The translations under genes were made by a program, and so were the position numbers. A stretch of DNA of 63,844 nucleotides, the filler included, from Collodictyon triciliatum (Eukaryota), in assembly GCA_043381765.1 (NCBI GenBank). It is 5 parts of 5 records of this genome, joined end to end, with 100 filler letters (N's around TTAATTAATTAA, not from the genome) between each part and the next. Parts side by side here need not be neighbours in the genome. Positions count along the whole stretch, not along the records: positions 44,903 to 60,442 come from JBHJMP010000438.1; positions 60,543 to 63,844 come from JBHJMP010000500.1; 3 more parts are not named here. One strand, given 5' to 3'. Of the stretch, positions 58,970-63,844 are shown piece after piece (the first letter of the stretch is position 1; every line of letters begins with the position of its first letter). The notes under the pieces were generated by a model. That model was given only the letters and a program-made list of their open reading frames with translations, had not been told where the DNA came from and searched no databases.

Positions 58970-60442
58970 TCATCGTGAAATTTGACCAAAAGATCGCCTT
59001 TTCTTCATATTTTTCATCTTGACCAATTTTTGCTTGATTTCGCCACTTCTGAATAAAGGAATCACAAAAGCGATTGACATAAAATAAAGCAGCCAGATTG
59101 AGTTCATTCCAATAATCAGAGCTGTAATCCACGATTGCGAGTCAAAAAGAGTAGACATAAGGTAAAGGAAAAAGGACAAAAAAATGATATAGAGGCTGGA
59201 CAACTCCATTTGATTTTCGATTTTCGAGTGGTAAGGCTTGTATTCTTTTTGCATCCAAATTGAGCTCTAGTAGTTTTTGCTTGATTTAGTATTTCATTTT
59301 CAAAAAATTATCTCATATATTGCACCATATAAATAAATATGAATTGAACCTGAATAACGATGATGAGAAGCACAAAGAAAACCGCTGGGCTTGTGTATGG
59401 AATGACACTGAGCACAAACGAAAAAGCAATGCGGCGTGCGATTATGACAAACTCCCAATACTTGAAGGTCTAAATAACGTTATTCTCATAAAAATTCACA
59501 ATGGAGGATGAAAAATGAGAGAAAATTGAATTAAGCACCTCTTTGTATGGCAAGTAAAGGAATCCATATCGCGCTCCTGGTTCATATCCAGGTCTTTCTG
59601 CCATGATTTTCACTTTCCACAGTACAAAAGCAGGCAGACCGACCAAGAAAAGAAAGAAAACCGGAACAGATATTGCGAGCAGTTTTTGATATTCATCCGA
59701 GGCTGGGCTGCATTGAATCCAGGGCTTGAAATTCAAATACCATCTATTCACACCTTCGTCATAAACGGTGCATCCAAAAACACCAAACACCTCTCTTGCA
59801 ACCGAGTAGTATATAAAAAACAGAAGATTCAATGTGATGAAAATAGCCTGCAGTAAGTTATTAATTTAGTACTCATTAAGACGAAACTGAAATAATATAA
59901 AGAATTTACAATTGAACATGATTTTCATCCTTACTTTGTTCTGTTTGTGTCCATATCCGAAATAGTACGTGGCTGAGCCAACGATGATAAATATTGGTAT
60001 TCTTGCAAAACTGAACATCAATGAAACAAATAAATCGTCTACTCCAAGGACACAGGAAAGGTTGGGGAATAGGATTGAACCAATCGACGATGAGACATCA
60101 ATAAAGCTGTTTGCATCTTCTGAAAGAACGATTCCACCGGACACAATCGACAGTGTTTGCATGTGGAACATGATTATCCTGAGTTTCGCTGAAATAAAAC
60201 ATTTTTAATGGCATCGGAAGAAAAAAAGTGAAAATCATTAGTAATGTTTACCTGATTTTGATGTCTCTGTGAAATACAGATAGCAAATGAACATAAAGAA
60301 TCCTATCGAACCAAGAATCAGGGTGGCATAAATCGTTCCTTTATCGCATTTCACACATGACCTCCCTTGATTTCCGTATCCATTCTGACATTTTGAGCAG
60401 GCATAACCTTCATAACCCTCTTGACACAGGTCTATGATTTCG
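58970..60442 (-). CDS. Multi-pass membrane protein with Cys-rich ectodomain (5'-truncated by the contig end)
   Basis: CQEGYEGYACSKCQNGYGNQGRSCVKC followed by several TM helices, YGFLYLPYK|TFKYWEFVIIARR and PY....NQME; pattern seen in expanded protist membrane-protein families. Confidence 0.8.
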
Positions 60443-60542
60443 NNNNNNNNNNNNNNNNNNNNNNNNNNNNNNNNNNNNNNNNNNNNTTAATTAATTAANN
60501 NNNNNNNNNNNNNNNNNNNNNNNNNNNNNNNNNNNNNNNNNN
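60443..60542. other. Artificial contig linker
   Basis: TTAATTAATTAA at 60487-60498 between N runs. Confidence 0.97.
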
Positions 60543-60682
60543 TTGTTATTATTGTTGTTATTATTGTTGTTATTATTGTTGTTATTATTGTTGTTATTAT
60601 TGTTGTTATTATTGTTGTTATTATTGTTGTTATTATTGTTGGTATTATTGTTGTTATTATTGTTGTTATTATTGTTGTTATT
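60543..60682. repeat. (TTGTTATTATTG)n 12-mer tandem repeat at a contig start
   Basis: Direct reading. Confidence 0.95.
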
Positions 60683-60789
60683 TTTCTATGTAAATCTATT
60701 GGGAGGTTGTTGTTTCTAATCCTTGGCAGTAAAAAAAAACTTGTATTTATTTATGCTATTTTATGTTAGTTTTAAAATATTTCCTCTAG

Positions 60790-61480
60790 ATTGTACCAGA
60801 TGTGATGACTTATAATAGCGCTCTTCGTACATTAGCCCAAGTAATTTTACACATATTCTATTTATGGTTTATCATAATTATTTACGCATTTCAATAGTTA
60901 TTCGGCTAATAATCCAAATTTTGGGAGAACCTATGTAAACCAACTAATAAATAAATAAAAAGAAAGGAAAGCTTGACCGAATGGAATTTATGTACCACGA
61001 TATGTCGGAAAATAATATAAGTCCTGATCGTATGACCTACAATGCTTTACTCTCTGCTTGGGCTAACGATGGTAGAACAGATAAATGCCAGGAAATTTTC
61101 CAAAAAATGAAGAAATCCAAAATAACCCCAGATGAGGTATCTTATCATTATTAAGTATGAATGATGAAACATTTTCATTCACTTATAGCCTTGAAAGAAT
61201 CCATTCAACCTGTATTCGCATATATCATATATTAATAATTGAATAGGCGACATTTCTATACATTACAACATCATACATTCGCAATGCAAATTTTGCCCAC
61301 GCCCTCGAATTCCTTGAACAAGCCAGAGAATTCGGGGAAAAGAATCTCACAAAAGCTTTTAACCATCTTTTGAGTTTTTCCTCAGAATATGATAATGATT
61401 TGCAAAGAACTTTATATATGTTTGACTTAATGAAGGTACCATCTCATTATCGTTTTTCATTATATATTGTGTTCTTTCCT

Positions 61481-61541
<61 letters not shown>

Positions 61542-63235
61542 TGATTTGTCCAATAAACAAACAATAGTGACCATCTAAATCATTTAGGGTTTAAGATACG
61601 CATTGGCGAACTTATTATAAGTTTAAAATCGATTTTCGTCACTAGATGTGGGGAATTAAGCCTGATTTGTACTCTTACACTGGTTTAATCAAGGCATATT
61701 GTTTATCTGATGTCTTCTTTCAAATTGACAATATTATTGATGATTTGAAACAGGAGAAAATTCAAGTATGGATGTTATACAAATTTAATGCTATTATTTT
61801 ACCATCTTGTACAAATAGAAAAGGATAACTAAATATAATTGATGGCATGGATTCCCTCTTTTTTCTTTTCTTTTTNNNNNNNNNNNNNNNNNNNNNNNNN
61901 NNNNNNNNNNNNNNNNNNNNNNNNNNNNNNNNNNNNNNNNNNNNNNNNNNNNNNNNNNNNNNNNNNNNNNNNNNNCTTTTTTTTTTCTTTTTCATAGCAG
62001 TCTATCTGTTTGTTCGCATATACTGAGCCTCTTTATCTTCCCTTTTTTTTTTTTTTTTTTTTTCTCCTTGTTTTTTTTTTTTTTTTTTTTAATCCGATGA
62101 ATTTTTATAGCCAGATGCATATTTTTATTCAACGATTATAAACTACTCTTCCAAAGTGAATCGATTTGATATTGTTACCAAAGTTTTGAATAAGATGAAA
62201 ATTGAGCAAGTAAGCTATTGATTGTATTTTAACACAAATCTTAAAAAATCAGACCAAGTATTCAAATATCTACTACGATTTTTTCAATTTTTACTCGCAA
62301 TCGATATATTACGTTGTATTCCAAATTCCACTCAGTAGATTAATTTTGAATTTTATTCTCAACTAGGTTACACCCACATCAACAACATATAACATGCTCA
62401 TAACATATACAGCCCAGCAATCGAGTATCTCCCAAGCTCTGTTATTCTATGAGAGAATGAAATCAGATGGAATCAACCCTGATCTTGTTACTGTTTCGGT
62501 TCTACTGAAATCTCTTAGTGATGAAAAAAACTTTCAATCTGCAAATATGGTTTGCACCGAAATTCAACCTTCTTTTTTTTTTCCATTTATTTGATTTTCT
62601 TCGCATCCCTTTATTTTAAATGAAATATTTTTATATCTTATATCCCATTTTCATAGGTATTAGATGATGCTCAACGCAGCAATATTTTGCCAAAGTATCA
62701 TTCAATAAATGCGTATATTGAATCTTTGGGTTGGACATATGGTTCTAAAAGGTTATAATTTTTGATGCAACTGGTTTTTTGATCGATGCTCCGACGTATT
62801 TCAATACCCAATAATGCTAAATAAAACACAACACAACTAAAATATATATATACCATCCATCTCACCCTATTTAGAGCCTTGAACGCACTTAAGTACTTCA
62901 CCAACCAAGGCTATCTGCCACACGACTCGACTTATACTATCATGTTGGATATTTGCGGTCGAGAAGGGGTAAGGGGCTCTGGATCAGCTACGCTCTGATC
63001 ATTTCGAGGAAAATTAGACTTAAAAGGGACAAACTAACTCAATAATTTAAATCAGGATTTCAACCATGTCCTTTGGATATTCCGGTCGATATATCGCAAA
63101 CAAAAGCGTGTGCACAAAAATTTTATTCTGACCGTGCTGCATTCCTGGGTGAAGTCAAACGAACCTACTTTGCTCTCGAAACCCTTATGGAAACCTATGT
63201 ACAAGCATCGGAAAATCACGCAAAAAGATCTATAA
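60790..63235 (+). CDS. Pentatricopeptide repeat (PPR) protein (5'-truncated)
   Basis: Repeated PPR motifs: PDVMTYNSAL, SPDRMTYNALLSAWANDG, KPDLYSYTGLIKAY, YERMKSDGINPDLVT, TYTIMLDICGREG; ends ...TQKDL-TAA. Confidence 0.9.
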
Positions 63236-63267
63236 GCCCCATAAAATAAAATAAAAGTAGAGGGTGG

Positions 63268-63526
63268 TTATATACTTATAAGCACACACAGGTACAGGAG
63301 TTGGCCAGGGTAGAGTGATGTGTTTGTGAATGGCCCTTGGTATATGTGGTGTTTCTTGTTTAACAAAGCAAGATTCATATTGCCAATATATTGATAGAAG
63401 AATTTTGGTTGGAAGCAGGATTCACGGTTCTCATTTACCACCCACATGCTGGGAGAATAAGGATATAGAAGATAGCGCGCTGTCTTGAGATGATGTTTCC
63501 AATCGGGGTGAGGATAAACCCATACC
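63268..63526 (-). CDS. Possible last exon of an unidentified gene convergent with the PPR gene
   Basis: Acceptor CCAG followed by about 85 open codons (VWVYPHPDWKHHLK...). No family recognised; upstream exon not resolved. Confidence 0.3.
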
Positions 63527-63745
63527 CTGGTAAATTGATATACTAATTCTGGAATTCATATATATTTATGCTTTTTAATATTCTAATTAGATCTATGCGT
63601 GTTTTAAGTAATCAAATATATGACTTAGATATATAATCTATGTTGTAACAGATGCTGTTTTTTACGGCTAAGATGGCCGAGGTCCGTTATATGATTTACC
63701 TCCTCGGCTATCCCCGCTCCCGGATAGTCTTACAACACTTCGTCC

Positions 63746-63844
63746 TTTTTTTTCCTTTATTCGATTCAAAGTGTAGCGAGGTTATGCCATACAAAGGGGC
63801 GGGATGGGAGCGCATGGGAGAGAGCAAACGCGAGTAGGGGAAGA
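63746..63844 (-). mobile_element. Putative 3' end of a longer A-tailed retroposon running off the window
   Basis: Minus strand reads ...CTCGCTACACTTTGAATCGAATAAAGG-A8. The last 27 nt are identical to 28694-28720; the upstream part is GC-richer than its flanks. Confidence 0.5.

Noticed and set aside
63640..63740. tRNA-like GGCTAAGATGGCCGAG and hairpins resembling U6atac ends
   Set aside because: No cloverleaf or T-arm and no AAGGAGAG box; a structured RNA is unsupported without a covariance search.

Overview
Eukaryotic nuclear DNA, most likely from a unicellular protist. It is AT-rich, gene-dense and intron-rich, and its introns carry many microsatellites. I cannot name the organism. The window is five separate contigs joined by artificial N44-TTAATTAATTAA-N44 linkers (contigs about 1-7892, 7993-20933, 21034-44802, 44903-60442, 60543-63844), so gene order across linkers means nothing. 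Hand splicing recovers: a 3-RRM ELAV-like RNA-binding protein, an LRR protein, a Ser/Pro-rich protein, an intronless FkbM-like methyltransferase, a claudin/PMP22-like tetraspan, WRAP53/TCAB1, a coiled-coil protein, katanin p80, a fused glutaminase+synthetase carbamoyl-phosphate synthetase, V-ATPase subunit C, a C2/EF-hand phosphatidylserine decarboxylase, a mitotic cyclin, CAF1 deadenylase, a Cys-rich multi-pass membrane protein and a PPR protein. The standard genetic code fits all models. Best non-routine observations: (1) one AT-AC U12-type intron, implying a minor spliceosome; (2) a 26-nt A-tailed insertion with an 18-bp target-site duplication, whose sequence recurs at the tail of a longer putative retroposon at the window end; (3) two inverted copies of a LINE-ORF1-like element with no reverse transcriptase and a PIP-box-like motif; (4) a possible splice-dependent uORF overlapping the CPS start codon. 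I found no unambiguous new multi-gene system. Gene coordinates are outer bounds of hand-spliced models.
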